Assembly: GCA_965203355.1 (NCBI GenBank)
Contig: OZ241889.1
Location: 1,504,001-1,568,000, forward strand
From: Candidatus Latescibacterota bacterium
GTDB taxonomy: Bacteria > Latescibacterota > UBA2968 > UBA8231
DNA length: 64,000 nt
Direction of reading: 5' to 3'
Shown: positions 47,101 to 56,259 of the stretch, piece after piece
How positions within the stretch are numbered: position 1 is the stretch's first letter
Layout: each line of letters starts with the position of its first letter
Made by a program: the position numbers and the translations under genes
The notes under the pieces: generated by a model
What the model saw: the letters and a program-made list of their open reading frames with translations, nothing else
Told to the model about the DNA's origin: nothing
The model's database searches: none

Positions 47101-48465
47101 GGGGTTTGGGGGTTTGTCGGGCTGGCGGCGCAGGAAGCGAGGGTCCTCGGCCCAGCGCTGGTGGCCGGGCGGTGGCTGCGGCCCGGGGAAGAGGACGCCT
47201 GTCTGTTGCCGGTGGGCTTGGCGGATTCTTTGGGGGTCCGCGCCGAGGGCTTGGAACGGGTGCGGATTTTTGGCGAGGTGTTTCGGGTGGTTGGGTTGCT
47301 CGCCGATGACGCGCTGGATCGGCTCGATCTGAATGGCGAGCCCCTGACCCCGTTGGATCCAGAAGCGCAACAGCCATCGGAAGCGGAAGTGGGACGCGGG
47401 CAGGGCGGAAAGTTGCGGCCGTTTGCCCATTTGCCCGCGTCGGCGACACCGGTCTTGCCGTTTGCCGCGCTGATGCGGTGGGAAGGGGTGCGGCTGGCGT
47501 CGGTGGGAATCCGGCTGGATGGGAACGCGGAGGCAACGCGGAGTGCGCTGGTAGAGCTGGCCGAGACCTTGGATTTGAACCTGTTCGCTGGCTTTGGCGG
47601 GCAGTGCTTGCTGGTCAATTCGGTTGGGGTGGCGTCGGTGTCGGGATGGGGGTCGCTGATCGTGCCGCTGCTGATCGCCGGATTGATCGTGTTTAACACC
47701 ATGCTCGGGGCTGTGTACGAGCGGACGCAGGAAATCGGCACCTTTAACGCCGTTGGCTTAGCCCCCGGGCACGTCAGCGGGCTGTTCATAGCGGAAGCCG
47801 TGGCGTTGGGCGTGGTCGGCACGGTCGCGGGATACCTGTTAGGGCAAGGCGCGGCGCAGCTTTTGGCCCAAGGGGGTTTTTTGCCCGGCTTGGAGCTGAA
47901 TTACTCGTCGCTAGGGGCCGTGCTCACCGTTGGCGCGATCGCGCTGTTGGTGGTGGCGTCGGCGCTCTATCCGGCGCGCATGGCCGGGCGGATCTGCACG
48001 CCGGGCATTGAACGGCGTTGGCGGTTGCCGGTCGTCGAGGGCGAGCATTTGCGCGTGCAACTGCCTTTCTCGTTGGCGCGGCGCGAAGCGCTCGGCATGG
48101 CGGCGTTTCAAGCGGAAGCGTGGTCGGCCAATCAAGAGCAGTCGATCGGGGCGGGATTTTACGTCGAAGCCTTGCAGGTGGAGCAGGTGGGGGAAAAGGT
48201 GCAGGTGGCGGCGCGGGTGTGGTTGGCGCCGTTTGACCAAGGCGTGGTGCAAGATACCGCGATGGAGATAGAGCCGGGGCCGGACCCGAATTATTGCGAC
48301 ATTCACGTTGACTTGGCGTTGGCGGCTGGCGATCTGGCGACGTGGCAGCGCGTGGTGCGCACCTTTTTGGACGATGTGCGCAAGCAATTTTTGATCTGGC
48401 GCACCTTGGACGCGGATAGTCGCCGCTACTACGCCGAGCAGTTGCCGCAGTGGGAGCGGGGCTGA
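44101..48465 (+). CDS. M28-peptidase-like domain fused to a FtsX-like ABC permease
   Basis: Signal peptide; SRMTGYPG, PA-like region, AAHYD; C-terminal VYERTQEIGTFNAVGL..LFIAEA FtsX motif. Confidence 0.82.
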   Translation: MVALRVSTGVLALLLTSSALAAETEARLRRTVETLSAPASRMTGYPGAAVAREWLVAELEGLGVAEFYRHEFPVLVPIDEGFWLECAGERIELFGVWPNLVRTPTLPAEGLEGSLVYGGDGSLLERQQVAGRIILLDYGSGAAWVDAFHLGAEAVVFLESAGAHRKEAEQKFLDVPADLPRLYARKDAAERLRVLAMSRPQVRLRGRMAWQEVIAQNLVAVIPGQDAALKEEVVFLAAHYDAVSPVPALAPGAEQAASAAALLELARGFAERPPQRTVALLWLAGHFQNMAGMRHFAPLLLAAARQREGGVEETALLRRLSGLETRFLVGLDLSSHSPRLGAFRPRDPYRVSLLAPPITERLLKLVTAYEDAALGGKQVLVNGLKQDFARQGLGGMALTVPLDAAVAALTGCPALAFCTVNDSRARFDSPVDDSGAVRFDWLAGQVALLQGVLPALIDDPELEPWAWGNDAFGTIRGEVVHYGPRSYLPDQPTAGALVRVRLRHPTLAGVRPDFWAAADDSGRFAIPGVESGIIYTKPVRLEAYRLDAETGRVTDAPDWGINGERKLPGRALTVTMDSPEDEVQIVTAPLRGTALFGIFDPRNLSTLERIQAIDATLEAEPVMYGACLPLTAPEMELFSYVNRVGSWTEPVGVIFTQPNERFKAVMATGRYGLGRRLLLLNGTEDVPSGVGYAVDGKGRIVETVYRVAADLHVLNGERIDRLERHGVRNGRLAAFNERSAGLLAEAEVARAEHRHRDFFDRARRAWALAAAAYRDVERTQAGVVQGALFLLAVLIPFAHFAERLAFGFADLRRQVFAYFALFLVGFVALRYVHPAFELSISPAIILLGFVILALGILVTFLGMSRLNRELQELGSRRGQIAVQRSGAVLTSVAVGLAHLRRRPWRTGLTCATLVLLTFSVLSFTSVRAALHTNWIAIGEDAAYEGALVRMPGWQAMELAGYDLLRDWFGDEQVAPRAWLSVGSLASSYRVERDDAAERAVGVWGFVGLAAQEARVLGPALVAGRWLRPGEEDACLLPVGLADSLGVRAEGLERVRIFGEVFRVVGLLADDALDRLDLNGEPLTPLDPEAQQPSEAEVGRGQGGKLRPFAHLPASATPVLPFAALMRWEGVRLASVGIRLDGNAEATRSALVELAETLDLNLFAGFGGQCLLVNSVGVASVSGWGSLIVPLLIAGLIVFNTMLGAVYERTQEIGTFNAVGLAPGHVSGLFIAEAVALGVVGTVAGYLLGQGAAQLLAQGGFLPGLELNYSSLGAVLTVGAIALLVVASALYPARMAGRICTPGIERRWRLPVVEGEHLRVQLPFSLARREALGMAAFQAEAWSANQEQSIGAGFYVEALQVEQVGEKVQVAARVWLAPFDQGVVQDTAMEIEPGPDPNYCDIHVDLALAAGDLATWQRVVRTFLDDVRKQFLIWRTLDADSRRYYAEQLPQWERG

Positions 48466-48524
48466 ATGTTGCGCGGGAGCTGGAAAATTAGGACAACGCA
48501 AGGAATGGTCGAAAGATTGACAAA

Positions 48525-50429
48525 ATGGCCGCGCTGCGCTTAGCCGCCCTCATCATCGGCATCACGGTCGCAAGCGGGTGGTTGCTCCAGCGCGTCGAGT
48601 TGCTGTACAACGGTCCGCATTTGGCCGGGGCCGGGAGTGCGCCCGGGGCCCAGGTTTTTCTCGCCGTGCCCATAGGGGTTTTGGCCGCCGTTGCGCTAAT
48701 GCGTCGCTTGCTCGGGCCGGGGGATCGGGCGGTGCTTTACGCCGCACTGGTCATCGGGGTGTCGGCGACCGCTTCCGGCCTGATGCACCGGTTTTTGCCG
48801 GGCTTGGTGACGGGTTTTTACGGAGGTTTTGCCCAGCCAACGGCCCCCTATTATCGCTTTTTGCAAGTCGTCCCGGCTTGGCTGGTGCCCGGCGGTCCGA
48901 ATGAAGCGCCGGCCATCGGAGCATTTGAAGGCGGCGCGGCCGTGCCGTGGGGGGCCTGGCTGTGGCCGTTGGCGATGTGGAGTGTGTTTTTCGGTGCGTT
49001 TTTTCTGACCTGCTTCTGCTTGGTGTGGCTATTGCGGCAACGCTGGTTGGAGACCGAGCGGCTGGGATTTCCGCTGCTGGAGGTTCCTCGCGCCCTCATT
49101 GCCGGAGACCTGTTTGGCCAGCGGCTGTTTTGGTGGGGCGCGTTGGTGCCGGGGGTGTTGTTGGGGATCAATGGCTGGCACCACTACGCGCCGTCCGTGC
49201 CCGCGATTCCCACAATTTTGTACATGGAGCATTTTCTGCTCGACGATCCGTGGAAAGCCATGGCTCCTTTTGAGTCGCCGTTCCACTTTGAGTTTGTCCC
49301 CCTGTTGGTGGGGGCGGCGTTTCTCGCTCCCGTGGAGGTGTCGTTCAGCACGTGGTTTTTTTATTTGCTCACCCGCGTGCAGTTGCTGGTGGCCCATTTC
49401 CTCGGACGCTCGGAATATCGCGGCGATTTCATTCCCGGGCACGGATCGCCGTGGCTAGATTGGCCGAGTCACTTTCCCTTTTTTATGACGCAGGCGCGTG
49501 GCGGCTTGCTGTTTTTGGGGCTGTTCAGTCTGTGGTCGGCGCGGCGGGCCCTGGCCGCGGCCATCTCTTGGCGCAGTCCGGCGACGTGGGGGCTGGTGAT
49601 TGGGCTGCTGGTGCTGTGGGCGTGGACTACGGCTTTGGGGGTGCCGCCGCTGATGGGCATTGCGGCCCTGGTGCTGGTGTTGCTGTTGGCGTTGACGTTT
49701 GCGCGGCTGCGGATCGACGGAGGCTTGCCCATTGTGGGGATGCCGCAGATCGTGGGCTATCTGTTCTTCGTGGTCTTGGGAACCGGCGCTGGGCATTTTG
49801 CCGACGAGACCTACATGGGATTTGGCTTCTTGGCGGTGTTTGGCTTTACGATGATTGGCCTCTGGCCCGCCTTGCAATTTGAGGGGCTGAAATTGGCCGA
49901 GATTCACGGCGTGTCGCCGCGCCGCTTGATTTGGGGGATGGCTTTGGGATTGGCCGTTGGGTTGGGGGCCGGCTATGTGTTTTCGCTGGAAGCGATCTAT
50001 GAGCACGGGCTGTTCGCCTTGCAGGAACAGGGCGGGGCGCGGGCCGAAGCACGCATTGGCCGCTACTACAACTATTTGTTCAAAGACGCGGGCACCGTGG
50101 ATGGGGGCACGGACTGGGTGCGCTTGGGATTTCACGCGGGCGGGGCGGGCTTTACCTATTTTTTGGCGTTGATGCGCCAACACTTTCTCCGCTGGCCCTT
50201 GCATCCAATGGGCTTTGTGTTTGGCACGGGTTTTGGCTGGCTGGTGTGGGGGTCGGTGTTGTGCGGCTGGCTGTGTAAGTGGTTGGCGGTGCGCTACGGC
50301 GGAGCGCAAACCTACCGGCGGGTCATGCCGTTTTTCTTGGGGATGATTTGCGGCGAGGTCGCCATGCGGCTGGTGTGGGCTGCGGTCGCGCTGTTGCAAG
50401 GCGAAATGGGAGGCGGATACCGACCGTGA
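48525..50429 (+). CDS. Polytopic membrane protein, DUF6785/DUF6784-like
   Basis: WLETERLGFPLLEVP, WPLHPMG and PFFLGMICG motifs; paralog of 31767-33710. Confidence 0.7.
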   Translation: MAALRLAALIIGITVASGWLLQRVELLYNGPHLAGAGSAPGAQVFLAVPIGVLAAVALMRRLLGPGDRAVLYAALVIGVSATASGLMHRFLPGLVTGFYGGFAQPTAPYYRFLQVVPAWLVPGGPNEAPAIGAFEGGAAVPWGAWLWPLAMWSVFFGAFFLTCFCLVWLLRQRWLETERLGFPLLEVPRALIAGDLFGQRLFWWGALVPGVLLGINGWHHYAPSVPAIPTILYMEHFLLDDPWKAMAPFESPFHFEFVPLLVGAAFLAPVEVSFSTWFFYLLTRVQLLVAHFLGRSEYRGDFIPGHGSPWLDWPSHFPFFMTQARGGLLFLGLFSLWSARRALAAAISWRSPATWGLVIGLLVLWAWTTALGVPPLMGIAALVLVLLLALTFARLRIDGGLPIVGMPQIVGYLFFVVLGTGAGHFADETYMGFGFLAVFGFTMIGLWPALQFEGLKLAEIHGVSPRRLIWGMALGLAVGLGAGYVFSLEAIYEHGLFALQEQGGARAEARIGRYYNYLFKDAGTVDGGTDWVRLGFHAGGAGFTYFLALMRQHFLRWPLHPMGFVFGTGFGWLVWGSVLCGWLCKWLAVRYGGAQTYRRVMPFFLGMICGEVAMRLVWAAVALLQGEMGGGYRP

Positions 50430-52396
50430 CGGCTAGCGAACTGACCAGTTACCGCGACCTGATGAAGCCCCCGACGCGCTTCCGCGAGGGCTTTACCATC
50501 CGCACTGTGGCCGGGGCGTTCTTCGTCGGCTTTATCATGATGCCCGGTGCTATTTACATGGGCCTGATTGCGGGTGCATCGCTCGGCGCGGCTGCCGAGT
50601 GGGTGACCATCATCCTGTTTTCCGAACTGGCGCGGCGTTCCTTTTCCGCGCTGACGCGCCAAGAAATTTACCTGATCTACTACATTGCCGGCGGCTTGGC
50701 CGGCGTCATTGGCGGCACCATGCTGGCCGGGGGGCCGTTTGGACAACTCGTGTGGAACCAGTACCTCGTGCAGTCGCAGGCCGCGGCTGGTTTTGGCATT
50801 GCCGAGCACATCCCGGAGTGGGTCGCGCCGCCGATAGATTCCGATGCGCTGATGGGGCGCAGCTTTTTGCACCGGGCGTGGATCCCGCCCATGGTCGTGC
50901 TCGTTGCGTCGCAGTTTTTGTCGCGGGTCGAGTGGTTCACGCTCGGCTACATCCTCTTTCGCATCACGTCCGATGTGGAGCGTTTGCCCTTTCCGTTGGC
51001 GCCCGTCGCCGCGCAAGGGGCGACCGCGCTGGCCGAGAGCGATGAGGAGCGGGATAGTTGGCGCTGGCGGGTTTTCTCGGTGGGCATGGGAATCGGGTTG
51101 CTGTTCGGCGCGGTATACGTGGGTTTGCCGGCACTGACCGGATTGATCGCCAGCGATCCCATCGTCCTGCTGCCCATCCCGTGGATCGACCTGACGCGCA
51201 CGACAGAGACCATTCTGCCGGCTGCGCCCTTGGGTATTGGCACGGACTTGGGCCTAGTGTTGTTGGGCATGGTGCTGCCGTTTTGGATCGTCGTTGGCAC
51301 GTTTGCCGCGGCCATGGTCCACGCCTTGGGCAGTCCGATTCTCTACCACGCTGGCATGTTGACGCACTGGCGGCCGGGCATGGACGCGATCCTGACGAAC
51401 TTCGCCAACGACATTGACGTGTGGATGAGCGTGTACATTGGCGCGGGTGCGGCTGTGGGCGCGATTGGCTTGGTCCACGCCGTGCTGTCGGTGCGGGCCT
51501 CGCGCCGTCAGGGCGGACATCGCCCGTTGCAGGATACGCCGGTCGGCCGGGGCGACTTCCCGCTGTGGATGGCGATTGGCGGATACGTTCTATCGACGCT
51601 GGCGATGATCTGGCTCTGCGTGTTGTTGCTCGAAGACGACGAGTTTCCGCTGATCTTTTTGCTGCTTTTTGGCTTTGTGGTGACGCCGGTGATTTCGTAT
51701 GTCAATGCGCGCATGGCCGGGTTGACCGGACAGTTGGTCAGTTTTCCGTTGCTGCGCGAAGGTGCTTTTATTTTGAGCGGGTACAAAGGCATTGATATAT
51801 GGTTCGCGCCCATTCCGTACTCCGATCACGGCCGGCGCGCCCAGCTCTTCCGCGAAGTGGAGCTGACCGGGACGCGCTTCTCGTCGATTCTCAAGGCCGA
51901 GCTGTTGCTGTTGCCGCTGAGCTTGGTCTGCGGTTTTGTGTTTTGGTCGCTGGTCTGGCAGATGGAACCCATTCCCTCGCCGACCTTCCAATACGCGCAG
52001 ACGTATTGGCACCTGATCGCGCTGCGCCAGTGCTTGTGGTACTCGGCGACGTTGGGCGGGGAAACGCTGTTTGATCAGGCGATTAAGGGCTGGTGGATCT
52101 TGGGGAGTTTTGTGATGGCCGGGGGGCTGTTTGGGGTTATGTCGTGGTTGGGGTGGCCGATTTCGCTGGTGTACGGGTTTGTGCGCGGCCTTGGGGGCTT
52201 GCCGCATTTGCTGATCCCGGAGATGGCCGGGGCCCTGTTGGCCCGCTATTGGCTGGAGCCGCGCTTTGGCGTGCAGCAATGGCGGCAATACGCACCGGTG
52301 TTGTTGGCTGGATACGCTTGCGGCATGGGCTTGATCGGCATGTCGGCGGTGGCCATTGCGTTGATATCTAAATCGGTGACGCAGTTGCATTATTGA
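50426..52396 (+). CDS. OPT-superfamily-like membrane transporter
   Basis: GTG overlaps the upstream stop; FREGFTIRTV, DVERLPFPLAPV motifs; many TM helices. Confidence 0.7.
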   Translation: MTASELTSYRDLMKPPTRFREGFTIRTVAGAFFVGFIMMPGAIYMGLIAGASLGAAAEWVTIILFSELARRSFSALTRQEIYLIYYIAGGLAGVIGGTMLAGGPFGQLVWNQYLVQSQAAAGFGIAEHIPEWVAPPIDSDALMGRSFLHRAWIPPMVVLVASQFLSRVEWFTLGYILFRITSDVERLPFPLAPVAAQGATALAESDEERDSWRWRVFSVGMGIGLLFGAVYVGLPALTGLIASDPIVLLPIPWIDLTRTTETILPAAPLGIGTDLGLVLLGMVLPFWIVVGTFAAAMVHALGSPILYHAGMLTHWRPGMDAILTNFANDIDVWMSVYIGAGAAVGAIGLVHAVLSVRASRRQGGHRPLQDTPVGRGDFPLWMAIGGYVLSTLAMIWLCVLLLEDDEFPLIFLLLFGFVVTPVISYVNARMAGLTGQLVSFPLLREGAFILSGYKGIDIWFAPIPYSDHGRRAQLFREVELTGTRFSSILKAELLLLPLSLVCGFVFWSLVWQMEPIPSPTFQYAQTYWHLIALRQCLWYSATLGGETLFDQAIKGWWILGSFVMAGGLFGVMSWLGWPISLVYGFVRGLGGLPHLLIPEMAGALLARYWLEPRFGVQQWRQYAPVLLAGYACGMGLIGMSAVAIALISKSVTQLHY

Positions 52397-52401
52397 GGGC
52401 G

Positions 52402-52540
52402 GTCAGCCGCGCCAGGCTCGGCCGAGATCAAATGCGCGTTTGACCCCGCGACTTTTGTGGCCGACGACCGCGTAGTACGGCACGAGATCGCAGCCAAAGC
52501 CGCGCTTGAAAAAGGCGATGCTCGGCCTGTTAGTGCCGAC
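52402..52540 (-). repeat. Degenerate duplicate of the GNAT gene 3' end
   Basis: 139 bp matching 53777-53915 with 7 mismatches (manual count). Confidence 0.95.
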
Positions 52541-52733
52541 GGAACCAGCCTACAAAACGTTACCCAAAGGCACCATCCCTGTATCCTCCAACCCCCGGCG
52601 ACCTTCCTTTTGCTGTCGATGTAAAAAGGCCGAACTCCCTGCGGGGCAAGCCAAAATACAATCCATACGCGGCCTTGGCACAGGCTTTGCCTACGCAACG
52701 TAAGCCGATGACACCCCAACCCGCCGAGGTGCC

Positions 52734-53711
52734 ATGCCCCCCATCGACGCTCTCACCAAACACTTCGTCCAGACCTACCCCCACCACTTCCTCCAATTCA
52801 CCTTTCAACGCGACGACATCCAACTCGTCAAAATCCTCCCCACCGAACAAACCACCGTCGAAACCCGCCACCTTGACACCCTTCTCAAAGTCCAAATTGA
52901 TGGCCAACCCTCCCTCGTTCACTACGAATTCCAAACCACCGACAGCACCCCCTCCATGCCCCGCCGCATGGCCAGCTACATCGGACGCCTCATCGGCCAA
53001 TCCGGCCTTCCGGTCTATGCCCACGTCATCTATCTCCGTCCCGACGCTGGTAAAAATGATCCGGGCAGTTACATCCAAGAGCATCCCTTGTATCCCATAC
53101 GCATTCACTACGCCGTTCTCCGCCTCGCCGACCTCCCCGGCGAAATCGTCCGCGATGGCCGCTTATTCGGCCTGCTGCCCGTAGCCACGCTGATGCAGCC
53201 GCCGCTGGGCACGCACCGCGACCAATGGCTGACCGAGTGCATGGCCATGACGCGCGCGCTTCCGCTAGACTCGTCAGCCAAGGCCAACATGGCGTTGGGA
53301 TTGGCTTTTTACAGCAGCTTAACGTATGATAAGCAGCACCTTTTCACCCTTTTGGCTAAGGAGCGTCTCATGGACATTCTCAAAGAATCCGAGTTTGCGC
53401 GCGACTTTTTAGATATGCTGCGGGAGGAGTTCGGGGACGAACTTAGGAGACAAGCTGAGGACGAAATCAGAGGACAAGGCATTGAGCAGGGCCGAGAGCA
53501 AGGCATTGAGCAAGGCATTGAGCAGGGCCGAGAGCAAGGCATCCGCCACAGCATCCAAGCCGTGCTGGAGCTGCGTTTCGGTGCCGGTGCTGCCCAAGCC
53601 TTCGCCGCCCGCTTGGCGTCCATTGACGACGTACAGCGTCTCGAGCACTTGCATCGCGTTGCCGTGCAGGCGTCGAAACCCGAAGAAGTAAGCCGCCTGC
53701 TAGACGACTAG
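52734..53711 (+). CDS. Rpn/YhgA-like putative nuclease (paralog of 20957-21892)
   Basis: HLDTLL..VHYEFQTTDSTPSMPRRM..VIYLRPDAG..DPG; (EQGI/EQGR)n repeat. Confidence 0.8.
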   Translation: MPPIDALTKHFVQTYPHHFLQFTFQRDDIQLVKILPTEQTTVETRHLDTLLKVQIDGQPSLVHYEFQTTDSTPSMPRRMASYIGRLIGQSGLPVYAHVIYLRPDAGKNDPGSYIQEHPLYPIRIHYAVLRLADLPGEIVRDGRLFGLLPVATLMQPPLGTHRDQWLTECMAMTRALPLDSSAKANMALGLAFYSSLTYDKQHLFTLLAKERLMDILKESEFARDFLDMLREEFGDELRRQAEDEIRGQGIEQGREQGIEQGIEQGREQGIRHSIQAVLELRFGAGAAQAFAARLASIDDVQRLEHLHRVAVQASKPEEVSRLLDD

Positions 53712-53777
53712 TCCAATCGCTGCCCACCTCACGACAGCCCAGTCCCACCGCAGAGCTGGGGCCTTCGTCTCTCCTCG

Positions 53778-54761
53778 TCAGCCGCGCAAGGCTCGGCGGA
53801 GATCAAATGCGCGCTTGACCCAGCGACTTTTGTGGCCGACGACCGCGTAGTACGGCACGAGGTCGCAGCCAAAGCCGCGCTTGAAAAAGGCGATGCTCGG
53901 CATGTTAGCGCCGACAAAATCGAAGTGCTGGTGGACGGCTGTGTTGCAGTACTGCCAGTACAACAGCGAGATCGCTCCCGTGTGGTTGTAAGCGGGGTCG
54001 GCTCCGGCGGCCCAGGCATAGGTGGTGTCGAATCCCCGGACAAAGGCGACGATCGCGGCTGGCCCATCTGAGGAGGCGATTTCGTACGCTTGGGCTAAAC
54101 CAGCCGCTAAAGCGGCGGCGACAAAGCGCTCAGCCAAGGCCGCGGCGATAGGGGGGCTGTCGGCTTGGTTGGCGTAGATGGCTTCGTACTGCCGCCGAAA
54201 CAGCGCGACATCGCTGGTGGGCCGCAGTTGATAGCCAAGTTTTTCAGCCTTGCGAATGGCGGTGCGCGTGCGGCGCTCAATGCGCTCCCAGCGTGCGTTG
54301 TCGTCGCCGAGCGGCAGCCGATAGGTATAGCGCAGGTGGGCGTCCCAGCCCTGCCAAGTGAAAGGGCGCACATCGGCGATAGCCGGCGCGTGGACTAGGA
54401 AGACGCGGTCGTAGTGCTTGGCGAGATGGGCGAGCAGATGCGAGCAAGCGCGGTGTTGGGCTGCTTCGGCTTTGGCCGGTCCTTTGCTAGCGACCGGGGC
54501 GAGGAGTAGGCCGGTGTAGGGCGTCAGCGCTGGGGTTTCGAGGCGGTAGAGACCGAGGCGACGGCGAACCAAGCCGCTGATACCGGCGACGAGGCGGCCG
54601 TTGCGGTAGCAGCCGAGGCGGTGGACTTGACCGCCGGTGGCGGCCGCCGCACAGCGCAGCCACGCGCTGGTGGAAAATACCGTACCGCCGATGGCTTGGC
54701 GGACGAAGCCGTCCCAAGCGGTGTCGTCGGCGACGAGGCGGATTTCAAAGGTGTCGGCCAC
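53778..54761 (-). CDS. GNAT family (FemAB-like) acetyltransferase
   Basis: WDGFV..GTVF...W, RTAIRKA, FDFVGANMPSIAFFKRGFG motifs. Confidence 0.82.
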   Translation of the reverse strand: MADTFEIRLVADDTAWDGFVRQAIGGTVFSTSAWLRCAAAATGGQVHRLGCYRNGRLVAGISGLVRRRLGLYRLETPALTPYTGLLLAPVASKGPAKAEAAQHRACSHLLAHLAKHYDRVFLVHAPAIADVRPFTWQGWDAHLRYTYRLPLGDDNARWERIERRTRTAIRKAEKLGYQLRPTSDVALFRRQYEAIYANQADSPPIAAALAERFVAAALAAGLAQAYEIASSDGPAAIVAFVRGFDTTYAWAAGADPAYNHTGAISLLYWQYCNTAVHQHFDFVGANMPSIAFFKRGFGCDLVPYYAVVGHKSRWVKRAFDLRRALRG

Positions 54762-54831
54762 AGGAGATTTCGCGGTTGGGATTCAACGTGCAAGGTAAAT
54801 TGGGGCAGGATGGGCGATTGCGCCACATAGC

Positions 54832-54860
54832 TTGACATTCCCTCTGGTACGCCATATATT
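54832..54860 (+). promoter_or_regulatory. Sigma70 promoter of the ilvC-leu operon
   Basis: TTGACA-17 nt-TATATT. Confidence 0.75.
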
Positions 54861-54908
54861 GAGCCCTTTATCGCATTAGAAGCTAACTTCTTGGATTACC
54901 TACGTTTA

Positions 54909-55022
54909 ATGCCAATGAGCGCGCCGTTCCAGTCTCTGCGTATTTTCCGCCCGACGCCAGTGTGGGCGCGCCTCCGACTGCTCCTCCTCGACCTACTTAT
55001 TATTGGCCGACCGGTCAAGTAG
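54909..55022 (+). CDS. Leu/Ile-rich leader (attenuator) peptide
   Basis: MPMSAPFQSLRIFRPTPVWARLRLLLLDLLIIGRPVK*, between the promoter and ilvC. Confidence 0.7.
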   Translation: MPMSAPFQSLRIFRPTPVWARLRLLLLDLLIIGRPVK

Positions 55023-55142
55023 GCTTCGCTCCTCGTTCCACGTTTAACAGCCCAATTAACGGACGAAGCCGCTGAACGCGCAGGCTGTCAGCTAACTATG
55101 TCTATAAAACAATCTCAACGCCCTCAGTGAAGGAGAATTTTT

Positions 55143-56135
55143 ATGCAGATGTACTACGACAACGACGCCAATCTCGACCTGCTCTCGGACAAGACCGTGG
55201 CCGTTATTGGCTACGGCAGTCAAGGCCACGCCCATTCGCTCAACTTGGCAGAGAGCGGCGTCAAGGTGGTGGTGGGCCTGCGCGCGGGTAGCCAGCGGCG
55301 TGCTGAAGCCGAGGCCGCCGGGCTAGAAGTAGCCGACGTTGCCGAGGCCAGCAAGCGGGGGGACATCGCGGTGGTTCTGATCAACGACGAGGTCCAGAAG
55401 GCCGTGTACGAAGCCGACATCCGCCCCAATCTCGAAGCGGGCAATGCGCTCGCTTTTGCCCATGGGTTTAACATCCACTTTGGGCAGGTGGTACCGCCGC
55501 CAGATGTGGATGTGTTCATGGTCGCGCCCAAAGGGCCGGGGCACTTGGTGCGCCGCGTGTACCAGCAGGGAGGGGGTGTGCCGGGCCTGTTGGCCGTGTA
55601 CCAAGACGCCACTGGCCGCACGCACGAAGTCGGCTTGGCCTATGCCAAGGGGATTGGCTGCGGCCGGGCTGGAGTTATTGAGACGACCTTCCGCGAGGAG
55701 ACCGAGACCGACTTGTTCGGCGAGCAGGTGGTGCTGTGCGGTGGGTTGACCGAGTTGATCCGCGCGGGGTTCGACACGCTCGTCGAGGCCGGCTACCAGC
55801 CCGAGGTCGCTTATTTCGAGTGTCTGCACGAGGTCAAGCTGATCGTCGATCTGATCTACGAGGGCGGCATTGCCAACATGCGCTCGTCGATTTCGGATAC
55901 GGCGGAGTTTGGCGACTTGACGCGCGGCCGCCGGGTGATAACCGAGCAGACGCGCGCGGCGATGAAGCAGATTCTCGCCGATGTGCAAAACGGCCACTTT
56001 GCGCGGGAATGGCTGGCGGAAAACCAAGTGGGTCGCCCGGTGTACAATGCGATCAAGCGCCGCGATTCCGAGCACCTGATCGAGACGGTCGGCACTCGGC
56101 TGCGTGCGATGATGAGTTGGCTAGACGATAAGTAG
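55143..56135 (+). CDS. ilvC: Ketol-acid reductoisomerase
   Basis: [33 protein letters not shown] and AYFECLHE motifs. Confidence 0.97.
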   Translation: MQMYYDNDANLDLLSDKTVAVIGYGSQGHAHSLNLAESGVKVVVGLRAGSQRRAEAEAAGLEVADVAEASKRGDIAVVLINDEVQKAVYEADIRPNLEAGNALAFAHGFNIHFGQVVPPPDVDVFMVAPKGPGHLVRRVYQQGGGVPGLLAVYQDATGRTHEVGLAYAKGIGCGRAGVIETTFREETETDLFGEQVVLCGGLTELIRAGFDTLVEAGYQPEVAYFECLHEVKLIVDLIYEGGIANMRSSISDTAEFGDLTRGRRVITEQTRAAMKQILADVQNGHFAREWLAENQVGRPVYNAIKRRDSEHLIETVGTRLRAMMSWLDDK

Positions 56136-56136
56136 T

Positions 56137-56241
56137 AGTGGCCGGTGGCCAGTGACCAGTGACCAGTCCCAACCTCCGCCGCTCCAGCGAGGCGGGGACT
56201 GGTCACTGACCACTAACCACTGACCACTGACCACTGACCAC
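56137..56241. repeat. Palindromic element with heptamer arms (CCAGTGA / CACTGAC)n
   Basis: Arms pair around CCAGTCCC..GGGACTGG; same heptamer family as 8283-8491. Confidence 0.85.
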
Positions 56242-56259
56242 CGAAAGGAGATGAACGCG

